In this document: in pieces, positions 18,126 to 28,154 of the stretch | Position numbering within the stretch: the stretch's first letter is position 1 | Layout of the letters: each line of letters opens with the position of its first letter | Assembly: GCA_038874215.1 (NCBI GenBank) | Contig: JAVZCV010000013.1 | Span: 1 to 30,991 of the forward strand | DNA length: 30,991 nt | Source of the DNA: Candidatus Micrarchaeia archaeon | Lineage (GTDB): Archaea; Micrarchaeota; Micrarchaeia; Burarchaeales; JAVZCV01 | Reading direction: 5' to 3' | Program-made: the position numbers and the translations under genes | Notes under the pieces: model-generated | Told to the model about the DNA's origin: nothing | The model's database searches: none | Seen by the model: only the letters and a program-made list of their open reading frames with translations

Positions 18126-18243
18126 TGCGAGGGGAGGGATTTTCACAACATAGCGGATTTGAACCCTCGGAGGCCCTAAGGCCACAGGATTTCCATGCAC
18201 CCACTTAAGTCCTGCCCTTTAGTCCAGACTCAGGCACCCTCGC
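18126..18243 (-). tRNA. tRNA-Leu(TAA) with two introns (13 nt at 37/38, 18203-18191; 18 nt at 59/60, 18157-18140)
   Basis: Acceptor GCGAGGG/CCCTCGC plus A73; D stem CCT/AGG; anticodon stem CAGGA/TCCTG with CT-TAA-G; long variable arm GGCC-TTAG-GGCC; T stem GAGGG/CCCTC. Removing both inserts leaves 87 nt. CCA is not encoded. Confidence 0.9.
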
Positions 18244-18291
18244 ACAAATTCCCCATTCCCGTTTATGAGTGCAATAAATATCAATCATTCG

Positions 18292-18867
18292 CTATTTCCT
18301 TGCAAAGGCAAGATATCCTGTATGGGTTATTCCCTTCGTTGCTGGCCTAACGCCGAACTTCCTCACGAGCATCTCTCTTATTATGCATTCAACAGCAAAA
18401 ACCTCGGAGAAATTCTCAGATTCGCATGCGAGAACGAATTCTTTTAGCTGTTCAACGTTTGGGAGGAATGCGGCGATGCACCCTCCATCTTTTATGCAGT
18501 TTTTTGCAATCGGCACAACCCTCTCTGCGTTTGCTATATCAATCGTCATCAGATCCGCATTCGTTTCTTCTATGCCCTCAAACGCATTTTTCTCCTTCAA
18601 TTCTATATTCGTAAGCCCGCTCCTTTCTATGTTCTTGCGTGCGAGTTCTGCAAACTCGTGCTTCCATTCGTATGTTACCACGCGAGCCGCAATGTTTGCC
18701 ATCGCAATCGCGAGAAACCCGCTTCCCGTTCCAATATCAACAACAAAGCTGTCCTTCCCTACTCCCGAGAATGCGACTATTAATCCAAAATCTTTAGGGA
18801 GAATTACCTGTGGGCCTCTTTTGAGCTTCCTGATGAGCGGCGGAAAGCCAAATTTATCCCCCATCAT
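18292..18867 (-). CDS. trmI: tRNA (adenine-57/58-N1) methyltransferase, short form
   Basis: KRGPQVILPKD, DIGTGSG, VTYE, FLPNVEQ and VRP...ITHTGYL TrmI/GCD14 motifs. Confidence 0.88.
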   Translation of the reverse strand: MMGDKFGFPPLIRKLKRGPQVILPKDFGLIVAFSGVGKDSFVVDIGTGSGFLAIAMANIAARVVTYEWKHEFAELARKNIERSGLTNIELKEKNAFEGIEETNADLMTIDIANAERVVPIAKNCIKDGGCIAAFLPNVEQLKEFVLACESENFSEVFAVECIIREMLVRKFGVRPATKGITHTGYLAFARK

Positions 18868-18906
18868 GCTACCACTTTTTAATTATTCACAGCACTGACT
18901 TTTTAA

Positions 18907-20211
<1,305 letters not shown>

Positions 20212-20247
20212 AAAACTAAAATAATTTACCTCCCATTACCTATTGAA

Positions 20248-20374
20248 GCCCCATTAGCTCAGCGGTAGAGCGCTCGCCTCGTAATGCTGGAGGAGTTATC
20301 CTCCATCAAACGCAGGTTCATTTCTATCCTATTGGGAAAGCGAGAGGTCGAGGGTTCAAATCCCTCTTGGGGCT
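20248..20374 (+). tRNA. tRNA-Thr(CGT) with a 55-nt intron at 37/38 (20284-20338)
   Basis: Acceptor GCCCCAT/TTGGGGC plus T73; D arm GCTC-AGCGGTA-GAGC; anticodon stem CTCGC/GCGAG with CT-CGT-A; T arm GAGGG-TTCAAAT-CCCTC. BHB central helix CTCG/TGGG with an AAA bulge. Confidence 0.92.
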
Positions 20375-20434
20375 TCCTATTTTTCAGTGATAGTTTTTTT
20401 ATATCGGCCGTGTTAATCAATGAACGGTGTGCTG

Positions 20435-21808
20435 ATGGTAAGAAAGAAAGCCATAATTGTCGGTGCTGGGCCTGCTGGGCTCCTATGCGCGTATGTGCTC
20501 TCTCAAAAGGGGATAGGTGTAACAGTTTTTGAGGATGGCTATGATGTGAACAGGCGTAGGTGCCCGCGGCACGAGCTTGGCTATTGCGTAAAGTGCGAGC
20601 ACTGCAGCTTTATCCAGGGAGTTGGAGGAGGAGGTTTATTCTCCGATGGGAAGCTGAACCTTAGCCCAACAATAGGTGGGAACCTGCTTGAGTTCATGAG
20701 CAGGGATGAGGCGATCAAGCTCATTGAGCGTGTTGACGGGATTTTTGAGAAGAATGGCGCAAAGGGAGGCATGAGCGACCCTGGAAAAAAGGGAGATAGG
20801 CTTGAGGCATTCGCAAAAGCCGAGGGCATAGAATTCATACCGATAAAGCAGAGGCATATCGGTTCTGACAGGCTGCCGAACGTGATAAAATCAATAAAAA
20901 GGCACATAGAGAAGCACGGCGGGATAATAATAACGGAGACAAGGGTTAAGGATGTCCTTGTGAAGAACGGATGTGCAGTTGGCGTAATTGCAGACGGCAA
21001 GAAAATTCCCGCAGATTATGTTGTTATTGCAACGGGCAGAAGCGGCGCCCGATGGAACCAGAGAATATGTGCGAACCACGGAATAAAGATGAGCCATCAG
21101 CCCTTGGATATAGGGGTTCGGGTTGAGGTGCCAGCAGAAATAATGGATGAAATAACGAAAATCTCATGGGACCCGAAGTTCCACATAAACACGAAGCACT
21201 ACGACGATTTTGTAAGGACTTTCTGCACCAATCCTCACGGATTCGTTATATCCGAATACTACGGCGACTATGTTTGCGTGAACGGGCATGCGCGCAGAGA
21301 TGCACGCTCCCAGAACACGAACTTCGCCCTTCTCGTCCATATGCCTCTCACCGAGCCCCTTGAGAACACAACACAGTATGGGGAGTCAATAGCGAGAATG
21401 GCAACAACGATAGGTGGCGGCATGCCTATAATACAAAGGCTTATTGATATAAAGAGCGGAAGGCGCTCTACGTGGGAAAGGATAGGGAAGAGCTATGTTG
21501 AGCCCACGCTAAAACATGTTACCCCCGGAGATATCGGAATGGCGCTTCCATCGCGCATAGTCATGAATGTGCTTGAGGCTCTTGAAATGCTTAACAAGGT
21601 TATACCCGGTGTTGCCGAGGATTCAACCCTTCTTTATGCGCCAGAAATAAAGTTCCATGCTCTTCGCGTGCATGTTACGAGCAAAATGGAAACCAACGTG
21701 AAAAATCTTTTCATGGTTGGAGATGGTGCGGGCGTATCGCGCGGAATAGTCCATGCAGCAGCAACAGGCATTATAGCTGCTGAGGAGATAGCGAATAGAG
21801 TGAAGTAA
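20435..21808 (+). CDS. Uncharacterised FAD-dependent oxidoreductase (COG2509-like)
   Basis: IIVGAGPAG, Cys cluster CP..GYCVKCEHC, GGGGLFSDGKL, HIGSD, VRTFCTNP.G, VNGH and VGDGAGVSRG. Confidence 0.85.
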   Translation: MVRKKAIIVGAGPAGLLCAYVLSQKGIGVTVFEDGYDVNRRRCPRHELGYCVKCEHCSFIQGVGGGGLFSDGKLNLSPTIGGNLLEFMSRDEAIKLIERVDGIFEKNGAKGGMSDPGKKGDRLEAFAKAEGIEFIPIKQRHIGSDRLPNVIKSIKRHIEKHGGIIITETRVKDVLVKNGCAVGVIADGKKIPADYVVIATGRSGARWNQRICANHGIKMSHQPLDIGVRVEVPAEIMDEITKISWDPKFHINTKHYDDFVRTFCTNPHGFVISEYYGDYVCVNGHARRDARSQNTNFALLVHMPLTEPLENTTQYGESIARMATTIGGGMPIIQRLIDIKSGRRSTWERIGKSYVEPTLKHVTPGDIGMALPSRIVMNVLEALEMLNKVIPGVAEDSTLLYAPEIKFHALRVHVTSKMETNVKNLFMVGDGAGVSRGIVHAAATGIIAAEEIANRVK

Positions 21809-21823
21809 AACAGAGGTGATTGA

Positions 21824-22255
21824 ATGGAAGGTGAGATAACTTTTACGGCAAAGCTCGGGGAATGGATTTCAATAAAGAAGATGGGTGTTGATGAAGAGAC
21901 GAAAAATGAGGAGATAGCTTGTGTGCTATCTGGCATAGCGGAGAGCGCAGACAGGAAGTGCTTTCAGATTCTCGGCATTGATGGAGAATTGGCTGCTAAA
22001 CTATCTGCTTATGTTGAGGGATTGGCAAAAGGCAAGCGCAAGGGTTTCAGCTCGCTTTCAGAAGCAGTGCGAGCTCTTAACAAAACCGAAATAGAGAATA
22101 TGGCGGGCGGGAAATGCCCTTACGAGGTTGTTGAAGCATATGTGGTCGCGCTTTTGCTTGAAAAACTGGGCTATAGCGCGCGGGTTAGCACAGAGATGCT
22201 CCGCACGCTATATCCCGAACTGAAACTACCAAAGCCAAGGGGGCGTTTTAAATAA
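21824..22255 (+). CDS. DUF2666 family archaeal protein
   Basis: N-terminal ITFTAK.GEW..KK..DE.T and C-terminal YPELKLPKPRGR, recalled as typical of the family. SD GAGGTGA upstream. Confidence 0.65.
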   Translation: MEGEITFTAKLGEWISIKKMGVDEETKNEEIACVLSGIAESADRKCFQILGIDGELAAKLSAYVEGLAKGKRKGFSSLSEAVRALNKTEIENMAGGKCPYEVVEAYVVALLLEKLGYSARVSTEMLRTLYPELKLPKPRGRFK

Positions 22256-22642
22256 CTACTTCATCTCCTTGGCGTATTTCTCTGCGTAATCGCCTATGTA
22301 CGGCAGCTTGTATTTCTGGCCAGTGTACGCCATGTACATCAGGTAGAGGTATGTTATCGGGGTCCCAAGCCAGAGAAGCGGCATGCAGACAATTCCAACC
22401 ACCGTAATAAACAGCACGAATGCAACTGCAATAACTACTATGTTCGTCATGATTGACTGGAGTGCGTGAAAGCGAACGTATTCATCTTCTTTGTCTATCA
22501 GCAAGAATATAATTCCTGTAAGTATGCCGAACAGATACGATAGCGCACCAGCAACCTTTGGGTCAAGCCCGCTTCCCTTCGTTTTCTTTTCCTCAACAGT
22601 CTCTCCTTCTTTCTCATCTTTCTTTTCCTTAACAACTGCCAA
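22256..22642 (-). CDS. DUF4870-type small membrane protein
   Basis: GLDPKVAGALSYL, YVRFHALQS and AYTGQKYKLPYIGDYAE. TTG start follows a strong SD, GGAGGTGAG. Confidence 0.8.
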   Translation of the reverse strand: MAVVKEKKDEKEGETVEEKKTKGSGLDPKVAGALSYLFGILTGIIFLLIDKEDEYVRFHALQSIMTNIVVIAVAFVLFITVVGIVCMPLLWLGTPITYLYLMYMAYTGQKYKLPYIGDYAEKYAKEMK

Positions 22643-22646
22643 AAAC

Positions 22647-23798
22647 TCACCTCCTTGCAACGATTTTTATCACATCGTTGTTTTTTAAAACATGCTCCCT
22701 CCCAATCTTCATCTTCGTTCTTGCATCTATTGCACATATAAAGTTTTCTGCAAGCTCCGTGTGTATTTTCTTTGCCAAATCAATAGCGGTTGCTCCAGAC
22801 GGCATGAGAAATGCATGCGGCAGGACGTTGCCGAAGTGGTCTGAATAACGATTTTCATCCTCAACGGGATAAACGATAATCTGCCCAAGCAGTTCAAAAA
22901 CTGCCTTGTTTATTATCTGCTGTACCCCCGTGCCCCCATACTTGCTCATAGCGCGCCTTATTTTCTCAAGCGCCTCTGTTTGTCTTGCATCCGCGTTTAA
23001 AATTTCAAAATCCCCATCCCCGGGCGTGTATCTCACGATTCCCTTTTCATTCGCCCTTCTAAGCGCGAGTTCCCCATCCGCATAGCACGGCATTACCCTA
23101 TCGCCGAACTCTTTTCGCATCCTCTCATAATTATCATGCGCCCCTTCAACATCAATTTTGTTAGCTGCAATGAGTATTGGTTTCGCAGATAACAATGCCC
23201 TTGAGAACAAAACCGTTTCTTCTTCCGACCATGCTATCCTGCCAGCGCTCATCCCAGAGAGCTCAAGAGCCCTGCTGATTTGTTGCAAGCCTATGTTAAG
23301 CCCGCTGAGAAGCTCTGCGAGTGCATGAATATCCTTCCCCTTTATTTTTGGCATGCCCCTCTTTATTATTCCAGCAATCCAGTATGCAAGCTCATCTTCA
23401 AGGAATTTGACCTCAAGTATCGGATCGTATGCGCCAGGCTTACCCTCTGCATCAGTTTTTCCCGAAGCATCAACGATCTGTATAAGGACATCTGCAGCCC
23501 GAAGGTCATCAAGAAACTGGTTTCCAAGGCCTTTGCCCATGTGGGCGCCGGGCACAAGGCCAGCAACATCAAGAATGCGAGCGGGTATAAGCCTCACTCC
23601 TTCCTCGCACTTTGAGTTCTGAGGGTTGCATTTTACTCCGAGTTCGGTATGTGGGCATTTTGCACGCACGTATGTTACCCCAACGTTCGGCTTTATGGTG
23701 GTGAATGGGTAGTCCGCTATATCAACCTTCACAAGAGTCGCCGCAGAAAAGAAGGTTGATTTACCCGTATTAGGCTTGCCACATATGCCAATAAGCAT
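22647..23798 (-). CDS. ychF: OBG-family YchF/Ygr210-like NTPase with C-terminal TGS domain
   Basis: GKPNTGKST, YPFTTI.PN, DVAGLVPGAH.G.GLGNQFL, ANKID and a TGS domain (AKKIHT). Confidence 0.92.
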   Translation of the reverse strand: MLIGICGKPNTGKSTFFSAATLVKVDIADYPFTTIKPNVGVTYVRAKCPHTELGVKCNPQNSKCEEGVRLIPARILDVAGLVPGAHMGKGLGNQFLDDLRAADVLIQIVDASGKTDAEGKPGAYDPILEVKFLEDELAYWIAGIIKRGMPKIKGKDIHALAELLSGLNIGLQQISRALELSGMSAGRIAWSEEETVLFSRALLSAKPILIAANKIDVEGAHDNYERMRKEFGDRVMPCYADGELALRRANEKGIVRYTPGDGDFEILNADARQTEALEKIRRAMSKYGGTGVQQIINKAVFELLGQIIVYPVEDENRYSDHFGNVLPHAFLMPSGATAIDLAKKIHTELAENFICAIDARTKMKIGREHVLKNNDVIKIVARR

Positions 23799-23859
23799 GG
23801 ATTACTATGCGCATAAACCGTTTAAATAGGTAATGCGAAATACCTGCGTGGAGAAGCAT

Positions 23860-25077
23860 ATGCTCTGGACAGAAAGACTCTCGCCGAAAAAGCTTGACGA
23901 TATAGTGGGAAACAGCGATGCAGTAGAGACTGTCAAAAAATGGGCCTATGAGTGGGAAAGAGGAAAAGCGATGAAGCCATTGCTTCTCATCGGGCCCGCT
24001 GGCGTTGGCAAGAGTGCGATAGCAAGGGCTCTTGCCTCCGAGATGGGCTGGGAAATAGTGGAGATGAACGCGAGTGATATACGGGATAAGGAGACGGTGA
24101 TGCGCATTCTGGGAAGCGCTTCAACAATGCAAGGACTTTTTGGGAGTAGAAGGCTGATTTTAATAGATGAGGTTGACGGCCTTTACAGAAGCGATAGAGG
24201 GGGCGCAAACGCGATTGCAGAGGTTATAAAGGGCGCATCGCAGCCGATAATACTAACAGCAAACGACCCCTATGCCAAATCTCTTTCAGCGATAAGGGGG
24301 CTTTGCACAGAGGTTAAGATGAAAAGGATAAACGTGCGAAGCGTTGCTTCATTCATCAAAAAAATAGCGCAGCAGGAAGGGGTTGAAATAACCCAAGAGA
24401 TTGTGAATACTATAGCAGAAAGCTCAAAAGGGGACCTGCGGAGTGCTATAAACGACATGCAGGCGCTCGCAGAGGGAAGGACTAAAATCGGCTCCTTTGT
24501 GCTCGGTGTGAGGGATAGAGAAGAAGGCGTCTACAACGTAGTGCAGAGAGTTCTAAAATCAACGAGCTATGTGGATGCGCTTGATGCGATAGAGAACGTT
24601 GACGTTGACCATGATATGCTAAAGGCATGGATAGACGAGAATATAGCGGATGAATACGAAAACCCTTCGGAAATAGCGAATGCATACGATGCGCTCTCTC
24701 GTGCTGATGTTTTTGATGGCAGGATATACAGAAGACAGTATTGGGGATTTCTCCGCTACTCAAACGTTCTCATGAGCGCTGGCGTTGCTCTTTCCAAAAA
24801 GGAGAGATACCGCAAGTATGTTGTATACAGGTTTCCAACTAGGATAAGAACGCTTAGCACGCTAAAGGCAAAGAGGGAGAGTGAAAAGAAAGTGGGAATG
24901 AAAATTGGTGCAAAGCTCCACTGCTCCTCAAAAGAAGCGAGATGGTATTTTCCGATAATAGCGCGCATGCTTGAGGATGATAGGGAGGGAACCGTGCATT
25001 TTTTTAAGTTTGATGAGGAGGACGAGGAAATGCTGAAGAGTGCGCATCTTGAAGTAAAGAAAAAGAATAGCGAATGA
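23860..25077 (+). CDS. rfcL: Replication factor C large subunit
   Basis: LWTE..PK, GPAGVGKS, EMNASDIR, LIDEVDG, GDLRSAINDMQ, WIDENI and LSRADVF.GRI.RRQYW. Confidence 0.95.
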   Translation: MLWTERLSPKKLDDIVGNSDAVETVKKWAYEWERGKAMKPLLLIGPAGVGKSAIARALASEMGWEIVEMNASDIRDKETVMRILGSASTMQGLFGSRRLILIDEVDGLYRSDRGGANAIAEVIKGASQPIILTANDPYAKSLSAIRGLCTEVKMKRINVRSVASFIKKIAQQEGVEITQEIVNTIAESSKGDLRSAINDMQALAEGRTKIGSFVLGVRDREEGVYNVVQRVLKSTSYVDALDAIENVDVDHDMLKAWIDENIADEYENPSEIANAYDALSRADVFDGRIYRRQYWGFLRYSNVLMSAGVALSKKERYRKYVVYRFPTRIRTLSTLKAKRESEKKVGMKIGAKLHCSSKEARWYFPIIARMLEDDREGTVHFFKFDEEDEEMLKSAHLEVKKKNSE

Positions 25078-25079
25078 AT

Positions 25080-26675
25080 TCATATTTCTATCTCAAAAAC
25101 AGCTGTCGGCTGCTCTATCCCGAAATTGTTTAGAACCTCTGGGTGAATCTCCCCAATTATGCCTTTCTTAGCCCCAACGGATATGCGGGCGCACCGCCCT
25201 TCTATGAAAGATCCATGCTCGCATCTCTCAAATTCTGCGTTCATTCCCGCTTCGTAAAAAAGCCTTTCAGCGACAGATTTTATCTCAGAAAAGCATGCCT
25301 TCGGGTGAGCAACAGCTACTGCAAGAAGCCTCTTTTCATTCACCCCTTCACCAACAGCAACGGCATCGCCGATTTCAAATATCCTATGCGGCATTTTTTC
25401 CTTTTTGTTCCCCGCAAGTACTGAGAGGAGCGATGGAACAAGCCATGTTCTCACAACGCTTAGCTCCTGAGTTCTTGAATTCATGAGCTTAGCCCATTCC
25501 TTTTCCTTTATCCGCATCATCTCTGCATCAATCTTTTCGTTTGAAAGCATAAAAGTAACAACTTCTGTAAAACCCATACCAATCATTATCAGCTTTATCC
25601 GCATCTCTGCTTCATTTCGTTCAAGGGGATTCCCAGCCGAATAAAACTCTGATGTGGTGGGCTCAAGCTTATCATACCCATACGCTATTGCCATGTCCTC
25701 TGCAACATCAACCCAGTGCATGATATCTGGGCGGTAGCAGGGGATGACGGCATCGCTCCCAACGAGCGAGAGGCCCATGCGCTCCACGAGTTTTTTTGCC
25801 TCCTCAAAAGAAAAGTTCGTTCCAAGAAGGGCGTTCGCCTTTCTGAGAGGAAATCTAATCCTCTTCGTTGATAGGTTGGGCGTTTTTCTACCCTCAATGC
25901 TGACTGTGTAAATTTCGGCACCCCTATCGGAAAACATCGTGCATACGACATTGAGAGCGCTCTCAAGCGCATTTTTTGATGTGCCTGTCATTTCTATGAA
26001 TATTTCCTTAGTTTTCTCTGTTATGCGGGTGCGCTCGGCGTTTATTATGGGCGGAAAAGAAACAACCCCTTCGCTATCCGTTATTATCGGATATATTCTC
26101 TCGTTTTTCAGTATATCTGCATACTCGATCCCCTTTGGGTGTTTAGCGAGAATCTCGGCTGGCGTCATCTCATCGTTTAAGTCAAGCGGAATGAACTTTA
26201 TTCCGTCAGGCGAGACTGCTTTATACTCAAAAGGCGGCCTCAGCACTTGAAAATCATGCATTCCGATTGCAACCTTCTTTCTCTTCCTCCCAAACGTCTC
26301 ATGTATCTTCTCCTGCACCTGCATCAAAGACCTGAGGAGCCTGTCATCAATTCTCACGTTTTTAACCAGCGCCGAGACAACATAGGGCCTTACCACCTTC
26401 AGCCTTCTATCAACAGCGAACTTTAACTCCGAATCGCGAGCACCATACTCCCTTACGCCAGCCCTAACCGAAAGAAAAGAAGATAGCGCTCTCGCCATGC
26501 CCTCAACAGACAGAAGATCAATCCTGTTTGGGGTTATGTCTACATGTATCTCTTTCCCCTCGTCTTTCTCAACACGCATCCCAAGAAGCGGTATTGTAGA
26601 AATTAGCTCTTCAATAGGAATATCTTTTCCTACAAGCGCGCAAAGATCCTCCTTATCATAAACAACCACTGCCAT
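25080..26675 (-). CDS. pheT: Phenylalanine--tRNA ligase beta subunit (archaeal type)
   Basis: PNRIDLLSVEG, QEKIH...GRKRKKVAIG.HD, SFPPIIN, RPDIMH.VDVAED and GEIHPEVL. Confidence 0.97.
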   Translation of the reverse strand: MAVVVYDKEDLCALVGKDIPIEELISTIPLLGMRVEKDEGKEIHVDITPNRIDLLSVEGMARALSSFLSVRAGVREYGARDSELKFAVDRRLKVVRPYVVSALVKNVRIDDRLLRSLMQVQEKIHETFGRKRKKVAIGMHDFQVLRPPFEYKAVSPDGIKFIPLDLNDEMTPAEILAKHPKGIEYADILKNERIYPIITDSEGVVSFPPIINAERTRITEKTKEIFIEMTGTSKNALESALNVVCTMFSDRGAEIYTVSIEGRKTPNLSTKRIRFPLRKANALLGTNFSFEEAKKLVERMGLSLVGSDAVIPCYRPDIMHWVDVAEDMAIAYGYDKLEPTTSEFYSAGNPLERNEAEMRIKLIMIGMGFTEVVTFMLSNEKIDAEMMRIKEKEWAKLMNSRTQELSVVRTWLVPSLLSVLAGNKKEKMPHRIFEIGDAVAVGEGVNEKRLLAVAVAHPKACFSEIKSVAERLFYEAGMNAEFERCEHGSFIEGRCARISVGAKKGIIGEIHPEVLNNFGIEQPTAVFEIEI

Positions 26676-28147
26676 CAAAACACCTGCGCTCTCGTCCCCC
26701 TAAGCCACCTCAAATCGTTTTTATAAGGAGTCCTTATATCTTCTATCCCTCTCTCCAGCATTAACGGCCTCTCAAGGCTGAGGCCCCATGCGAGAACGGG
26801 GAACTTCCCCCACAAAGGCAGGCACACCTCAGGCCTGAAAACGCCAGCCCCTCCGAGCTCAAGCCATTCCCCTCTCTTTTCAAAGAAAACCTCAACTTCA
26901 AGGCTCGGCTCCGTGTATGGGAAATAGCTTGGCATGAACCTTATCCTTTCAAATCCAAGCTTTTTGTAGAAATCTCGTAGGCAACCGAGCAGGTCTCTAA
27001 AAGTGGCTTTTTCCCATACTATTATGCCCTCAACCTGATAAAATTCTGCGAGATGCTTAAAGTCTATCGCCTCGTTTCTGAAAACTTTGCCTACGCTGAA
27101 ATACCGCGCGGGCGCCTTTTTATTCCCCTCCCCAACCTTGGCAAGATAGCGAGCAGATACTGCGGTGGTGTGCGTCCTTAAAACAAATTTTTTTGCTTCG
27201 CTCTCCCTCCATTTGTATCCCCACCCCTTCTCATGCGCCTTCTTCACCTTCTCAACAAGTTCTGTGGGAAGCATGGCTGTTTTCGTTCCTTCGGGCAAAT
27301 CAAGATAGAACGTATCTGCAAGTTCCCTTGCAGGATGGTCTTGCGGTTGAAAAAGCGAGTCAAAGTTCCAGAATGATAGTTCAACAATGGGCCCCTCCAT
27401 CTCCTCAAAGCCCATTTCCAGGAATATCCTTCTTATTCTCTCCTTTTGCATTGTGATTGGGTGCAGCTTGCCAATTTCAGCCTCTTCAACGGGTGCGCAT
27501 ACATCATATCTTCTCAATTTAACATCACGCCATCTTCCGCTTGTTATCATCTCCTTCGTCAGTATGTTAACTTCTCCCTCGCTTTTGGATATTCTTGCCA
27601 ATTCTTTGCCGAAATCAGTGAGGCTGACGCTTATATCCTTTTTCTCCCTCCTCACAATCTGCCCCCTGCGCAGGAGTTCCAAAACAAGCTCTTCTCGTGC
27701 CTTCTCGCCTTTGCTTATGGCAAGAAGCGCGTTGTAGAGGTCATAGGCAAGCGGATTCTTTGCCAAATCTTTGCCGCTTTGTGTTAGCGAAATTGCTCCA
27801 CCACGCACATCAATGAACCTCTTCTCCCGTGCCTTTGCCAACCCAACCCTTCTTTCCTCAGCATCAAGCAAGGAGATGTCCCCGCCCCTTTCACCAAGTT
27901 TTACGAGGATACGTATCTCGGGGAAATTATTCTCTAAAAACTCCTTCCCCTCTTCGGTGAGAATATAGCCAGCAGAAACCTTCTCAGAAATATCTACTGC
28001 GCCCTTCTCTTTAAGCCAGTAGCAAGCACGCATCACTGAATCTTTGCTAAGGTTTGTTTTTTTTGCGATGCTCTCTATATCATTACTACCCTGCTCTAAT
28101 GCCTTTATTACGAGTTTCTCATATTGGTGAAGTTCTGCCTCATTCAT
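26675..28147 (-). CDS. pheS: Phenylalanine--tRNA ligase alpha subunit (archaeal long form)
   Basis: WNFDSLFQPQDHPARE, LRTHTT, FRNEAID..HLAEF, YFPYTEPS and AWGLSLER. ATG 28147 chosen to avoid overlap with the upstream gene. Confidence 0.97.
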   Translation of the reverse strand: MNEAELHQYEKLVIKALEQGSNDIESIAKKTNLSKDSVMRACYWLKEKGAVDISEKVSAGYILTEEGKEFLENNFPEIRILVKLGERGGDISLLDAEERRVGLAKAREKRFIDVRGGAISLTQSGKDLAKNPLAYDLYNALLAISKGEKAREELVLELLRRGQIVRREKKDISVSLTDFGKELARISKSEGEVNILTKEMITSGRWRDVKLRRYDVCAPVEEAEIGKLHPITMQKERIRRIFLEMGFEEMEGPIVELSFWNFDSLFQPQDHPARELADTFYLDLPEGTKTAMLPTELVEKVKKAHEKGWGYKWRESEAKKFVLRTHTTAVSARYLAKVGEGNKKAPARYFSVGKVFRNEAIDFKHLAEFYQVEGIIVWEKATFRDLLGCLRDFYKKLGFERIRFMPSYFPYTEPSLEVEVFFEKRGEWLELGGAGVFRPEVCLPLWGKFPVLAWGLSLERPLMLERGIEDIRTPYKNDLRWLRGTRAQVF

Positions 28148-28154
28148 TCTCTCA

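Noticed and set aside
20284-20338. Intron-encoded C/D box guide RNA, as in archaeal tRNA-Trp
   Set aside because: No RTGATGA box C or CTGA box D is present.
20284-20532. 82-aa ORF starting in the tRNA-Thr intron
   Set aside because: It overlaps the tRNA 3' exon and the next gene and shows no recognisable motif, including no homing endonuclease motif.
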